64,000 nucleotides of DNA from Anolis carolinensis (taxonomy: Eukaryota), in assembly GCF_035594765.1 (NCBI RefSeq), contig NW_026943820.1:17616647-17680646 (forward strand), read 5' to 3'. The translations under genes were made by a program, and so were the position numbers. Shown here piece after piece: positions 23,602 to 37,094 of the stretch. Numbering within the stretch: position 1 is the first letter of the stretch; every line of letters begins with the position of its first letter. The notes beneath the pieces are model-generated. The model searched no databases. It was not told where the DNA came from and worked only from the letters and a program-made list of their open reading frames with translations.

Positions 23602-24458
23602 TTACTGTGGTTACTAATTGGTGAGCAAAATGCAGACCAGCACCTGTAGTACACAAGTAGTCTTATCATCAAGAAAATTCAAGATGCTTTCTTAACCCAC
23701 AACTTTTTGTAAGTTTATTGCTGTATTGAGCTTTATGCTTGCAATGTGTTGTGTATTAAGGAAGAAAATATTGTATCTGATTTGTTCTGACAATTTGAAC
23801 AAATTTTTTTACAACTAAATTGTTAGAAACAGTGAGAAACCTCCCAGGCCACACTTGTTTGTGCATTTAGGCAAATAGCAACCCTTCAGGTTCTTTGATA
23901 GAGGTCTTTTCAAATAATGATGTTTTTCTCAGTTTTGATGAATTTGGGCAAGCAATAATGCAGAATAATAATGCTGTTTCTAGCCTTTAAATGGTGGCTG
24001 TTCTTCCAATTTAGAAAATAAACTAGACACTGACAATGAAAGAATGTATTAATATATTCTATATGCAGAAATTAAATCAGGTAAAAACAGGTATTGTTAA
24101 AAATATACAAAAAGTTATAAGAAGCAAAATATATGATTGCTAATGTTTAATAGCTATATCTTATCAATTAGAATTAAAATAACCTGAGTGCCAGTTCTAT
24201 AAATTAGATGTCTCACAAGTGCATTCCTCTCCCTGCCTACGTGAAATCTTTTTTGTTTTAATTCTAATAGCTAATATATAATGCTTGAAATTTCTTTGGG
24301 ATTAAACTATGTATTTGTCTTTATGTTCCACATTTGACAGAATTATCTGTTAGATAAATATGTCCAATGTTTGTGGTCTTTAACAAATAATGTGCAAAAA
24401 TTAGGTATTGGTTAAAGCAGGTCAGGATAGAAATGGAAACTGTGTAGAATTTCTTTGA

Positions 24459-24737
<279 letters not shown>

Positions 24738-25109
24738 TAACTTAATAATCGCCACTACCATCACATTGACTTTGAATTTATGGCAACCCTATGAATGAAA
24801 GACCTTCAAGTCACACTGTTCTTGAACATTGGTATAACATGTAATGCATAAGTTAACAATTCTTTTAACGGCACCTTATCCTTTTATACAAACTTCTTCT
24901 TAATGGCATTTTATTAATTTTTGTTATTGAAAACAACTCCCTCTCCCCACCTCCCATCACCCAGTCCACATATTTTCTCTATATTGTTATCCTTAACCAT
25001 GCGCTTTCTGTGCTTTCTAGGTCTACACACTGACCTTATCTAGTCTTGAATGTTAATTGGAGAATTGTCAGCTACACCGTAACAATAAACCAGTTTCTGT
25101 ATTTCTTAG

Positions 25110-25458
25110 GTTTCCAGCTCAGCTTCCTGGGAAGATGATAATTGAAAGCTCTGACGAAAGCTCAGTTCCTGTGACAGGGAACTCGGAGGGCTTGACATTG
25201 CCAGAAAAGACTGCTGTCAAATCTATGAATTCTGATGAAAAGCAAAACTCTGCTTCTTCTACAACAAATACCTCGTCCAGTTCAGAAAAAAACACTAACT
25301 TGGGCACAGAATACTGCGTCCTCCTCTTCTGCTGTTGCATCTGTGGATTTGAATCCACCAACAAAGAACATTTGTTGGATCATATGAAGGAGCATGAAGG
25401 CGAAATCATAAACATCATTCTAAACAAGGATCACACTGCGGCTCAAAGCATCAGCTAG
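25110..25458 (+). CDS. ZNF507: ZNF507 last coding exon (...EYCVLLFCCCICGFESTNKEHLLDHMKEHEGEIINIILNKDH...stop)
   Basis: tcttag| acceptor, TAG stop at 25456-25458, conserved C-terminal motif. Confidence 0.95.
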
Positions 25459-28400
25459 GTGGAATTGAATTGTCAACTTTTCCTTTAAAGAAGAAACATC
25501 CTGTCGATCATTTCCTGAAGTGCTTGCTACAGAGAAGACCTGTAACAAAAAACAGTAATGTCCCCAAATTCGCAAGTCTTTGTGTCAACAGGAAAGCTGA
25601 TTATTTCATAAGCTCTTGACACAACTGAACAGTAAATACTCCGTTGATGGTAATGGGCCACTGAGACTGTTATCCCTGCTGACAGAGACATTTTCAATGC
25701 CTGTTACTAATCCAAAATATAGTATTATAATAGGAAATTCACACTAAGGTGTTAACTTAAAGGGGTTTAATCTCCATGCCTTGAAACTTATCTTAAGGGT
25801 GTCGAATTCATTTCAGATACATATTTTTAATCTCAATGTGAACAACTATAAATTCACGAAGCAGAAGATTCCCAGAGAGTGAAAGAGAAGATCAAGCAAC
25901 ATTTTGAGCCCAATTGCTTCTTTTGCAGGAGAGAACAATTCCTGTCTGATACAAACAGCATGAAACAAGTAGGCATGTCACAAATTACTTGGCTGGCTCG
26001 ATATGAGTTGGGTGGTGTGTTTTTTTTTTTCCAGTATGAGTATAATAGGATGTTCAGAGTGTATATCTAAATATGTCTTGTTCAACCCAAACTTTGAAAT
26101 ACGTATGTAAGCAAGCATTTAAGTGGTATTTAATTTCAGTATCTAGAGGTGCCATAACATACATGGAGGAGCAGGAAATGTAGAAGAAGAGGTTATTGCT
26201 AAACTTTCAAGCAGACTGTCTAACAAAAATTAAAGAAGTTTCCTTCTCTTCATATAACATTTCAAAACCCGCTCAAGATGGGATAATCTGAGAGCAGATA
26301 AAAATATAGCAAGTTGGAATTTGTTTTTCACCCATTTCCACCATTGAAGAGTTCTGGCCCAGTCTACTGAATATTGCTAGAAATTATTCTTGGTCTGACA
26401 TGGTTCTAAATTGATCGCTAAAAATATTGGATTAATATACTTGCTTCCAACTGTGTTTTTTTCTCCTTTCGCTGTGATTCTGCCCACAGTTTTTCTGTTT
26501 GACTTCCATCAATTTCAGTGTGTAGCTAAATAGCTAGCTTTAAATACTTCAGCTTCTGGTGTTACTTCAAGAAATTACTTAATTTGGATACATAAAGTCC
26601 CTTTTCTATAGTTGTTCACTGCTTCACAGGAAACTGTGTCAACATTGAATTGATTTCCTAAGAGCTGTAGAACATATTTCTTCTGTATTTATTTATCTAT
26701 GTGTTTCTAATTATATTTTAGCACAAATAAGCTAGAAGCGCACAGTTTGCATGGTGCTACTTGAATTTGGCTCCCCAAACTGTGAAGTTGGATAAATGGA
26801 AATAAAATTGTATATAATGTTTGAGTTTTAAATACTTAATACAGAAATTGTTCAAGGAGGCATTCCGTAAGACTACCTATTAACTAGGATGTCTCCAGTT
26901 TGGATTATTATTTAATCTATTTCTCTCTAAATTCTATGCAACAGTGTGGTTAAAAGGTGTTACCATATAGCCTAGAATTTACAAAAATATTTCAAATATA
27001 TGAAAAATAAGATTTAGAAATGCAGAGGTTTTTATATTTGAAAAAGAACAAACAGGAAAAAAAATGAGAGGAGATGCTTAATACGAAGGATGCTATATTT
27101 TACAGCAGTTGTTTTGAATTTAAGCTTGATCAGAATGGGCATCCATTAACAAAAAATATCAGTGCATTGGGTTGTTACATTCTATATTCTTTTTTATATT
27201 AGTATGATGTCGCCATACTTGCATACTTCTGTTGTGCTGAGAAATAGAAAACGAGAAGTTGTCCCTGTGTTCAGGTTCCTTGAAGCACTGCTCCATCAAA
27301 AGGGTTGAAAGAAAATCCAAAATAGTTTCTCATTTAAGACCTTGAGATTGAACTACTAACGTTCCACTGCTGCTTTTATAGCTTCTGTTTAGAACATGTT
27401 ATGGGAGAAATAATAAAAGTGCATTTTATGCATGGATTTTTTTCATTAACTTTTACTATTAAATAGTAAAATAGAATACTTTAAAAAAATTTACAGCCAC
27501 AATACAAAACATGAGATTACCTTTATTTGCACAGAGAACGGGTAATCTTCATACTGACATTTTGTATTATTATTTTAGCGTCCGTAACGTTGCTATACAT
27601 TCATGCGTCCTGATACATGTCTTTATCCCATTGAAGTATTCAGCCCGAAATAAAAGTCTTGATCATGTTTACAGTTTTGGAAAGTTGGAGTGTGAACCAT
27701 TTGTGAAGAGGGATTCTTCCTTCTTTTTCTTTGAAAAGAGCACTTTGGGGACATGGGGCACACCTTCATGTTTAGGAAGAAATGCATGGACACATACTGC
27801 TAACAATGGTGTGTTTTGGCTTATTTAATTTCTGTAGGATTAGTTTTGATTCTCTGAGTTATAATTTCTTCCATTGCTCTTAGTTCTTACATGTTTCATT
27901 ATGGATAAAGTTTCCATTCATTCTCTGTCTGTATTTGAGGTTAGATTTCATTGAGAATGACTGAAACAGATGTGATATAGATGGTAACCTTATAGTACAG
28001 TGTTCATTCATTGGGAAAATGTGAGTGTGTGCTGCACTTGTTAGAGATAAACTTGAAGTTTAGGATGAGTGGAATAATGCTTGCTTGCTTTTGCCTTATC
28101 CTGCTTTCAGATCCACTGGTTTTCTGCTAATTACGAGCCCTAATTGTCAAGGGATATAATAAATAATCCAGTCCAAACAATGTGCTTTTACTAAGAACTG
28201 TTCCCTTGCAAACAGGGCTGGACTTTTATAGAGTCCAAACAAACATTGCATCCCAATCTATTGATAGCTTCTGACGGTTTGGAGGCATAAACTGCTTTAA
28301 GTTATCTTCTTCCAGGAGGTTCAACCACCAAGCCTTGACTCAACCAATTCGTTGATTATAAATGACCTACATGGAAATGTGTTGTTAAAATCTATGGGAT

Positions 28401-28980
28401 TTGCTTCCAATGTATTATTATTGCGACCGCTTCGCCAACGGAATCTGTTTCTTCTTGCAACGGTGCCCGTCATTCTCAGTCCGAAAGGCAGTGTGGGATT
28501 CAGCCAGTAAACTGCAATGTAAAGCACTTATTTAATCATTTAAAATGTACAGTTGGTGCTTAAGGTAACGTTAAGATATATTTAATAGACTTTTGCATTT
28601 GATATTCAAGGGCATGGGTACATATATTTTTTTAAGAAAAGGAATTGTAATACCGCGGCACTGCTTTTTTAATAGCCAAAGTAAAAAACTTTTAGAAAAC
28701 TGACATGTAAAAAAAATATTGCAGATATCGCCTCTTGCGTTATCTTCTTCATGGGATGGCTTCTTTTATAAAGATCTTTTTCCACACATTAAGATGCATG
28801 CCTTACATTCTCTCTAGGATTGTTGTGTTTGGAAACTACAGAAGCAAACTTTGTAGGTCTCCTTTGACTACCTTCTGAAATACTGTACATGGTTAGAATA
28901 ATTTATTTTATTTTACAGAAGTTTTTGTCATGTATTGACTAATTGTATTTTGGTAATAAACGCCTTTGTTGAACACATCA
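25459..28980 (+). other. ZNF507: ZNF507 long 3'UTR with distal poly(A) signal AATAAA 28955-28960
   Basis: About 3.5 kb AT-rich stretch free of recognisable TEs, ending with AATAAA followed by GT/T-rich sequence. TE density resumes at about 29.5 kb. Confidence 0.65.
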
Positions 28981-29754
28981 AAACTGTGTGCCCTCGATTG
29001 TATGGGATATATTTTTGAAGTGTATCTGTTGTAAGGATACTGGCCTGCATTGAAATAATTGTTTTATGTCGAGGTGAGAATCATATAGGGGTTTTTTGGA
29101 CTTCGACTAACAGTTTTCCCCCCATTGAATATAATGGCTGGACAACTAGAACTTTAATTCCAACAACCAAGGGCTCTACGATCCCCATCTGTTACACGGA
29201 ATAATAATGTGGGTTGAATCTAGTTTATAATATTTAGAATAAATCTATTGGAATGAATAGGGTTCAGGTTGATCTATTCATATCAATTGGCTTATTTGAT
29301 GTCCAATTTGGGATTCAACCTCCAAACCATATGACTATGATTATTGGGGGTTTTACTGATCGTTTTGCTTTGCTCTGCAGAGTGACCTTGCATATCATAC
29401 AGTTTTAATTCCCAGCCAGGATCTAAAACAACCAAGAAGCCTATGAGCATGTCTAATTATGTTTTAAACAAGAGGCATGTTTTAAACCACTTAATCTAAC
29501 ACAGTGGTTCCCAACCTGTGGTCCGTGGACCACCAGTGGTCCGCAAGAACTAAAATATGGTCCGCGGCCTCACCTTTGTTTAATCTATGTTTAATATGTT
29601 TTAATCTATGTTTGGTTTTAATTTTTGTTGGATCGGGCTTGTCCTCATGTAAGCCACCCTGAGTCCCTTCAGGGAGATGGAGGCAGGATATAAAAATAAA
29701 GTTGTTGTTGTTATTGTTGTTCTTTATTTGCTCCAAGCTATTCAGTGCTAACTT

Positions 29755-30585
29755 GGACCCTGGGTGGCACAGTGCGTTAAAGCACTGAGCTGCTGAACTT
29801 GCGGACTAAAAGGTCCCAGGTTCAAATCCCGGTAGCTGAGTGAGCGCCTGCTGTTAGCCCCAGCTCCTGCCAACCTACCCTGTTGAAATTTTTTTCTGGC
29901 TATGGCTCTGCTGTACAGTATATAATAAATGTTCAATTTTTTTGTTCAACAATAAATGTGAATTCTTCTTCATGGAAAAATAAGACATCCCCTGAAAATA
30001 AGACCTAGAGCATCATTGGGAGCAAAAATTAATACAGTAGAGTCTCACTTATCCAACATAAACGGGCCGGCAGAACGTTGGATAAGCGAATATGTTGGAT
30101 AATAAGGAGAGATTAAGGAAAATCCTATTAAACATCAAATTAGGTTATGATTTTACAAATTAAGCACCAAAACATCATGTTATACAACAAATTTGACAGA
30201 AAAAGTAGTTCAATATGCAGTAATGCTACATAGTAATTACTGTATTTATGAATTTAGCCCCAAAAATTCACCATATATTGCAAACATTGACTACAAAAAT
30301 GCGTTGGATAATCCAGAACATTGGATAAGCGAATGTTGGATAAGTGAGAATCTACTGTATAAGGCACTGTCTTATTTTCGGGGAAGTACGGTAGCAGTTC
30401 GAAAACATGCAAATGTGAGTAAATCAATAGGTCGGGAAGATAATGGTGGGCGCTCCATGCAGTCATGCCAATGGCCACATGACCTTGGAGGTGTCTATGG
30501 ACAACGCTGGCTCTTTGGCTTAGAAATGGAGATGAGCACCATGAGCACCCAGAGTAGGTCACGACTGGACCTTTACCTTTACCTA
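29755..30585 (+). mobile_element. Sauria SINE interrupted by a Tc2-like MITE (29878-30391), itself interrupted by Tigger-like MITE A (30035-30357)
   Basis: TA duplications at each nesting level. SINE sequence resumes at GCAGTTCGAAAACATG. Confidence 0.88.
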
Positions 30586-30599
30586 TTCAAGGTGGTCAA

Positions 30600-30790
30600 T
30601 TACAACATGCACAGGAAAGGAGATTCCATTGAACATTAGGAAGCCCTTCCTGACTGTTCAGCAGTGGAACTCTCTGCCTTGGAGTGTGGTGGAAGCTCTT
30701 TCAACAGGAGTTGGATGGCCATCTGTCGGGTATGCTGTCATTACGCATTTCCTTCACGGCAGGGGAAATCTGGTCTCTTCCAACTCTAGG
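30600..30790 (+). mobile_element. CR1 3' end fragment (others at ~35700-35895, 52000-52105, 55680-55940)
   Basis: Homologous to 1-233. Confidence 0.75.
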
Positions 30791-30799
30791 AGTGTATGC

Positions 30800-31200
30800 A
30801 AACATGGTCCTTTGGGCCCTCCTCCTCCTCCTCCCGTCAGGCCGCCCAAAGGGAGGCGCCAAAGCATCCTTCCCTCCTTCCTTTGAATGGAGGCTTCGGT
30901 GGCGACGTCTCCTTCCTCCGCCCGAGCCCTTCCTCTTCCCTTCGAAGACAGAGAGGTAAATAAAGGCCTCGCGGGGAAGGAGGTGTCGGGGAGGGAGGGA
31001 AGGAGGGAGGGAAGGAAGGCCAGGCCTCGCTCGGGGTGAAGAAAAAGAAGGGCTCCATGGCGGCGCTGGCAGGCCCAGCCCTCTCCTCACGCCGCCTTCC
31101 TCCCCCATCGCCTTATTCTGTCTCTTCAATCCGGAATGGCCCTCACGGAGCGAGAGAGAAAGAGACAGGGAGAGGCCTCTGTTTTCGTTTGTTCTATCTG
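30800..31200 (+). promoter_or_regulatory. DPY19L3: DPY19L3 GC/CpG-rich promoter with putative non-coding exon 1 ending at 30955
   Basis: CpG-rich patch about 4 kb upstream of the first coding exon. Donor GAG|gtaaat at 30955/30956. Confidence 0.65.
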
Positions 31201-31375
31201 GCATCCCCTCCTCCAGCCTTTAAGGATTCGGCTGCCGTTCTCTACCGTTCACCTGTCGTTACATTCCAAGGTTTGCTTACTTTTAGGTCTCAAATTGACT
31301 TTCGTTTGCTTTCACTGCTTTGAGGCCCTTTCTACACTGCCAAGTAAAATCCAGATTATCTGCTTTGAACTGGAT

Positions 31376-31820
31376 TATTTATTTATTTATTTGTTTACAG
31401 TACAGTAGAGTCTCACTTATCCAACACTCGCTTATCCAACATTCTGGATTATCCAACTACTTTTTCTGTCAAATTTGTTGTATAACATGATGTTTTGGTG
31501 CTTAATTTGTAAAATCATAACCTAATTTGGCGTTTAATACGCATTTCCTTAATCCCTCCTTATTATCCAACATATTCACTTATCCAACGTTCTGCTGGCC
31601 CATTTATGTTGGATAAGTGAGACTCTACTGTATTTATATTCCGCCCTCCTCACCCCGAAGGGGACTCAGGGAGGATCACATTACACATATAAGGCAAACA
31701 TTCAATGCCTTAACATAGAACAAAGACAGAGACAAACGCAGGCTCCGAGCTGGCCTCGAACTCATGACCGCTTGGTCAGAGTGATTGGTCTCAGCTGGCT
31801 GCAGCCACAGCCCAGGCACT
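31376..31820 (-). mobile_element. tRNA-headed SINE with L2-like tail (Anolis SINE2-type), with MITE A nested at 31403-31630
   Basis: Minus strand has B box GAGTTCGAGGCC, L2-like 3' end and (TAAA)n tail. It sits inside a Harbinger-like MITE. Confidence 0.65.
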
Positions 31821-31889
31821 GATTATATTTCAGTGTAGTTTTAGAGCCCTTCCACACAGCCATACATATAACCCAGAATATCAAGGCAG

Positions 31890-32212
31890 CCCCTGGTGGC
31901 ACAGTGTGTTAAAGCGCTGAGCTGCTGAACTTGCAGACCAAAAAGTCCTAGGTTCAAATCCCGGGAGCGGAATGAGCGCCCGCTATTATCGCCAGCTCCT
32001 GCCAACCTAGCAGTTGGAAAACATGCAAATGTGAGTAGATCAATAGGTACAGCTCCTGCGGGAAGGTAACGACGTTCCATGCAATCATGCCGGCCACATG
32101 ACCTAGAGATGTCTATGGACAACGCCGGCTCTTCAGCTTAGAAATGGAGATGAGCACCAACCCCCAGAGTTGGTCACGACTGGACTTAACATCAGGGGAA
32201 ACCTTTACCTTT
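31890..32212 (+). mobile_element. Sauria SINE with 11-bp TSD
   Basis: TSD TATCAAGGCAG at 31879-31889 and 32213-32223. Confidence 0.92.
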
Positions 32213-32237
32213 TATCAAGGCAGATAATTCCACAATA

Positions 32238-32976
32238 AGGAGCCCCGGTGGCAAAGTGCGTTAAAGCACTGAGCTGGAGACCGAAAGGTCCCAGGTTCAA
32301 ACCCTACCGTATTTCCCCGAAAATAAGACAGTGTCTTATATTAATTTTTGCTCCCAAAGATGTGCTAGGTCTTATTTTCAGGGGATGTCTTATTTTTCCA
32401 TGAAGAAGAATACACATTTATTGTTGAACAAAAAATGAACATTTATTATATACTGTACTGTAGTTGTCATCACAAACCAGCATAACCAGACAAACTCTGA
32501 ATCCTATCAAGAATTTCTTGTTACTACCATTATTTCCATGTATAGCTGGTATGTACATTTACCAATCCTGCATGCTCTGGTGTTCTGTTTCGCAGGCACT
32601 GGGGATGCTTCCAAACAAAAACGTTGCTAGGTCTTACTTTTGGGGGAGGCCTTATATTTAGCAGTTCAGCAAAACTTCTACTAGGTCTTATTTTTCGGGG
32701 ATGTCTTATTTTTGGGGAAACAGGGTAGGAGCGGCGTGAGCACCCGCTGTTAGCTCAAGCTCCTGCCAACCTAGCAGTTCGAAAACATGCCAATGTGAGT
32801 AGATCAATAGGTACCGCTCCGGCGGGAAGGTAACGGCACTCCTTGCAGTCATGCCGGCCACATGACCCAGAGATGTCTATGGACAATGCCGGCTCTTCGG
32901 CTTAGAAATGGAGATGAGCACCAACCCCCAGAGTCGGTCACGACTGGACTTAACATCAGGGGAAACCTTTACCTTT
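32238..32976 (+). mobile_element. Sauria SINE with nested Tc2-like MITE (32307-32725)
   Basis: TSD AATTCCACAATA/AATCCCACAATA. MITE reads TA|CCGTATTTCCCCGAAAATAAGAC...|TA. Confidence 0.9.
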
Positions 32977-35131
32977 AATCCCACAATATCTGCTTTGAAG
33001 ATCTGAGGGCCCTTCCACACAGCCCTATATCCCAGAATATCAAGGCAGAAAATCCCACATTATCTGAGTGTGGACGTCTCCTTCCTGAGTATGGACTCGG
33101 ATAACCCAGTTCAAAGCAGATAATCTGGGATTTTCTGCCTTGATATTCTGGGTTTTATGGCTGTGTGGAAGAGCCCCTAGTGTATTTTTTTCTCATGTGG
33201 CATATGCCTCCACTAGTCCTGTGTGGACATTTATACCCACATGCTTTTTGAGCATTGAAAGCATCTACTTCTTTTCCCATTAAAATTGTCAACTCATTTT
33301 TTCCTGGCAGAGTCTTTAGTGTGACAAGTGTGGATTCTAGCAGCTAATAATATAATAATAATAACTTTATTTTTATACCCCGCCCCATCTCCCCGAAGGG
33401 ACTCGTGGCGGCTCACATGGGGCCATGCCCGATACAACAATCAAAAAACCAATCACAAAGCCATAACACAATTAACCTAATAAAAACATCGACATCAGTA
33501 AAAACAATCATTAAAATGAGCATGAATCATGCAATATTAAAATCAGGGGACTAAATTCATAGATCCTGGGCAAAGTGCAGAAAATACCAAAATGGAGACA
33601 GGTAATTTCACAATTAAAATGAACAATAAAGTGCAGTGTAATAATGGTAAAACATCAGCTAAGGGCCCTTCCACACAGCCCTATATCCCATAATATCAAG
33701 GCAGAAAATCCCACAACATCTGCTCTGAACTGGGATATCTGAGTCCACACTCAGATAATGTGGGACTTTCTGCCTTGATATTCTGGGGTATAGGGCTGTG
33801 TGGAAGGGCTGTTATTCTTCACCTAGGATAGAAAAAGAGGCTTTGGGGAAACGGGTCCCTTCCACATAGCTGAATAAAACCCCACATTATCTGCTTTGAA
33901 CTGGAATATATGGCTGTGTGGACTCAGATATCCCAGTTTAAAAGCAGATATTGTGGGATTTTCTGCCTTGATATTCTGGTTTATATGGCTGTGTGGAAGG
34001 GCCCTCAAAGTGTGGGCAGAAGCAGAGCATTATCACTAACTTCATTGGCTATGACCCCAACATATTCAGGAAGTCTTGGATGTATTTCGGAAATTTGCTC
34101 TGGTTTTCATATCCTGTCTACCTTCGTCATGCCTTATACATATGCAACCATCTGCTTCTTCTTTTCTCACACACTTATTATAATTTTTCTCTTTTTGCTC
34201 CTACCTCAAAAGGCCTGTACACTTTTTTATGTTGCTTGGTGTATTAATTATACTTTCTTTGTCCTCCAAATAACTGCAAACCACACTCCTTTGTATTCAG
34301 TATCTTCATACCTTGACCTGTACTCCATTTGTATCAAAACTCCTGGATATACCTTTCTCCTTTATGTACTCATCATATGCTACTTTATGCATTATATTTT
34401 TCCTTAACATGACCTCTTAATCTGTCTCATCCTCTGTGGTTGCATATCTTTCATTTGTTGTGCTTTTTAGAAGAATAAAAACATACAGGTAAGGTGCGCA
34501 CTATTATTGCACATATGGGATCCATGGTTTGCATTTTCTACAGGATCTTGTTGGAAAGAGTTCAAGTGGGAAGGACCTTTCACAATTGGGTTCAATTGCC
34601 TTTATCACAAATTCTTATTAGGTGATGATTTTAATTTGAGTTGGATGATTTGGATGGTTCAAATGCAAACAACATTCCTGCTTTATTATTGACTATTCAG
34701 CATTCAAAATACCCAAATTCTGTGCCCAGATAAGTTTCACAGCTATGACACAAAAAACACGGAAATTCTTATTTGAAGATCCAGCCATATGGAATGACAA
34801 ATTGCTGGAAAATATACCCAAAGTATTAATAGTATGCAAGACATAAGGAGGCATTAAATAACTGGCCTTAAATCTTTCGTCTCTGACTTCAAATTACCAA
34901 GCTGACCTAACAGTTACTGATCTGAGTGTTACCTTGACAGTGTTTTGATCCTACAATATTCATTTTATTAATAATTTCATCTTAAGTTTCTGTGTCTATG
35001 TCCCTACATTTAAAGGGGAGTAGTACAACTGACAGGCTGTTAAACAAATGGATAAATTAACTTCCATATTATTTTCTATATGTGCATTTAGGAACGAGCT
35101 TGAAGTATAATGCATGAAGGTTAGTGACATC

Positions 35132-35234
35132 ATGACAACTATTCGACAGAGAAAGGGAACAAAATCTACAGAAGTTGCAGAAGAATGTCTATCACAAGAG
35201 AAAAACTGGAAACTTAATGGGAAAGTTGTGCCTG
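35132..35234 (+). CDS. DPY19L3: DPY19L3 first coding exon (MTTIRQRKGTKSTEVAEE...)
   Basis: Acceptor tttag|35092. ATG 35132 aligns with recalled human MMSIRQRREIRATEVSED. 103 coding nt, G|gtaggt donor. An upstream in-frame ATG at 35114 is also possible. Confidence 0.88.
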
Positions 35235-37094
35235 GTAGGTATAATTTGTTTACTTGTTTGTTTAAAGTAAGATAGTTTCAGGTTTATTTTTGAAATGTCA
35301 TTACATGAATGCCAATATTAATCATGATAGAGTAAGTCCTTCCTAATCAGTATTCCACATTGTTTTTAACTTGATGTCCATTATAATTTCCAGAAGTTAG
35401 TAGTTTATTTACAAAGCACTGCATTGATTTTTATGTCTTCAACCCTTGCTTACTTAACAGGTTGGGGATTAGGGTGCTGTTAGAAAGGGGAAATGATTGG
35501 GAAACGGAACCTAATTTTTATATTTGTAAGATTTTTCGGCTGTTCTGGGGACTAAGGCCCCACCATCATGGGCTACAAAATGCACAACAATTCTCCAGCA
35601 ATTCACAACATTAAACAATAAGGAAGATCGGTGCCCTTATTTGAAGTATGTGGCTGGTAGATAAGCCCCAAGTTACAGAGTAACAGATTCAGATGACAGG
35701 TGAAGAATCCACCTAAACTTTAGGGAAAATCTTCTGACATTAAGAACTGTTCGACAGTGGATTAGGCTGGTGGGGTCTCCTGATTCAGTGGTTTTTAAAC
35801 AGAGGCTAGATGGCCTCTGTTTTGTTTATTTATTCCTGTATGGGATTGGGCTAAATGGCTATTGTGGTCTCCTCCAATGTTATGATTCCATGATTAACTG
35901 TTAAAGAATTTACATAATTTTTGAGATGCTCTGCATATTTGTGAGGTGTGTGTGCTGTTAATAAGGGAGTAGCTGCCCTGCAGTTTTTGCTTAAATGGGT
36001 TTTAATCCAATTTTGGGCTCATCTTTTATCAAGAGTTATTGAAAATTGGCTCTTTCTTGAAATAATGTTACTACAGTAGAAAAATATGAGAAATATAATT
36101 ATTCCAAATAAAAAATAGTGTTCACAAAAGACTACTGTCTAAATATAGAAAATGGCGATTCACCTTCACTTGTGGATCAGCTGTGTAGTTTTGCTATTTC
36201 AGTGTCAGAAAAGCATCACTTGTAATTGGGTATTATTATCAGAGAATGCCTTGATCGGCTAACTTACGAGAAATTGTAGATTATCAGACTACTGAATATT
36301 CAACAGAACCATCACTGTACTATATTAGGAAGCATGACGCCTGCAATGTTCCAAAGGATTTCAAATAAGTGATGGTTATCAAAATTATTTTAAGATTCTG
36401 TACAGTTTTACTAAACTTTTATTGGGGAAAGGTCACAGCATAAATCAGCTTAATCATAGATGGAATAGCGAGCACACAAGCAATGTGCAGAAGTCATAAT
36501 AAGTATAAGAAAGAGCATGTTGCTTCTTTCAACATTCAGCATCCCCAATGAGAAAATTAGTTGAAGCTGACAATCAGAAGAAAAACAATTTATCAAGCTG
36601 TAAAATTATATAGGCTTGTGAAGAAATACCATTTTAAAGTGCTATAGCTGTTTTTATAACTGGGGTGAAGAATGCAAAAAAACACAGTAGAAATATCATA
36701 GCACACACAATTCTTACACTATTTTAATTACTAATTTCAATACTAATTTCATTCAGTCAAATATTACAAACATTTAAAAGCAATTTGTGAAAAAAATGTA
36801 CACAATGAAGAAAATCTAAAGTACCTTTTTGATTTAAAAAATTCCTTTCAAACCAGAATTCATTGGACATTGTATGGTGTATTATTTTTTATTATTAGAA
36901 TAACCTCTTCATTCGCAGTGTAAACGGTTGCAGCTGGTTCTGTCTCAGAATGGCCGGAAATTCAAAGTATCCCCTAGCATTGAGTTTCACAGGTCAAAGC
37001 CACAGAGCTGATGCGGGACCCTTCCATATTTAGTGGTCAGTGTAGCTGTTTACCTAGTCTCTGGGGCAGCTGGAAATGAGGCTTCAAAACAACG

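Noticed and set aside
29755-29835. tRNA gene (A/B boxes)
   Set aside because: It is the tRNA-derived head of a Sauria SINE, with no cloverleaf.
30629-31408. Multiple overlapping ORFs at the DPY19L3 promoter
   Set aside because: Low-complexity GC-rich sequence with few stop codons.
33910-34490. 165-aa hydrophobic ORF as a DPY19L3 exon
   Set aside because: It starts in a MITE and runs through T-rich, probably antisense LINE-derived sequence, with no DPY19 similarity.
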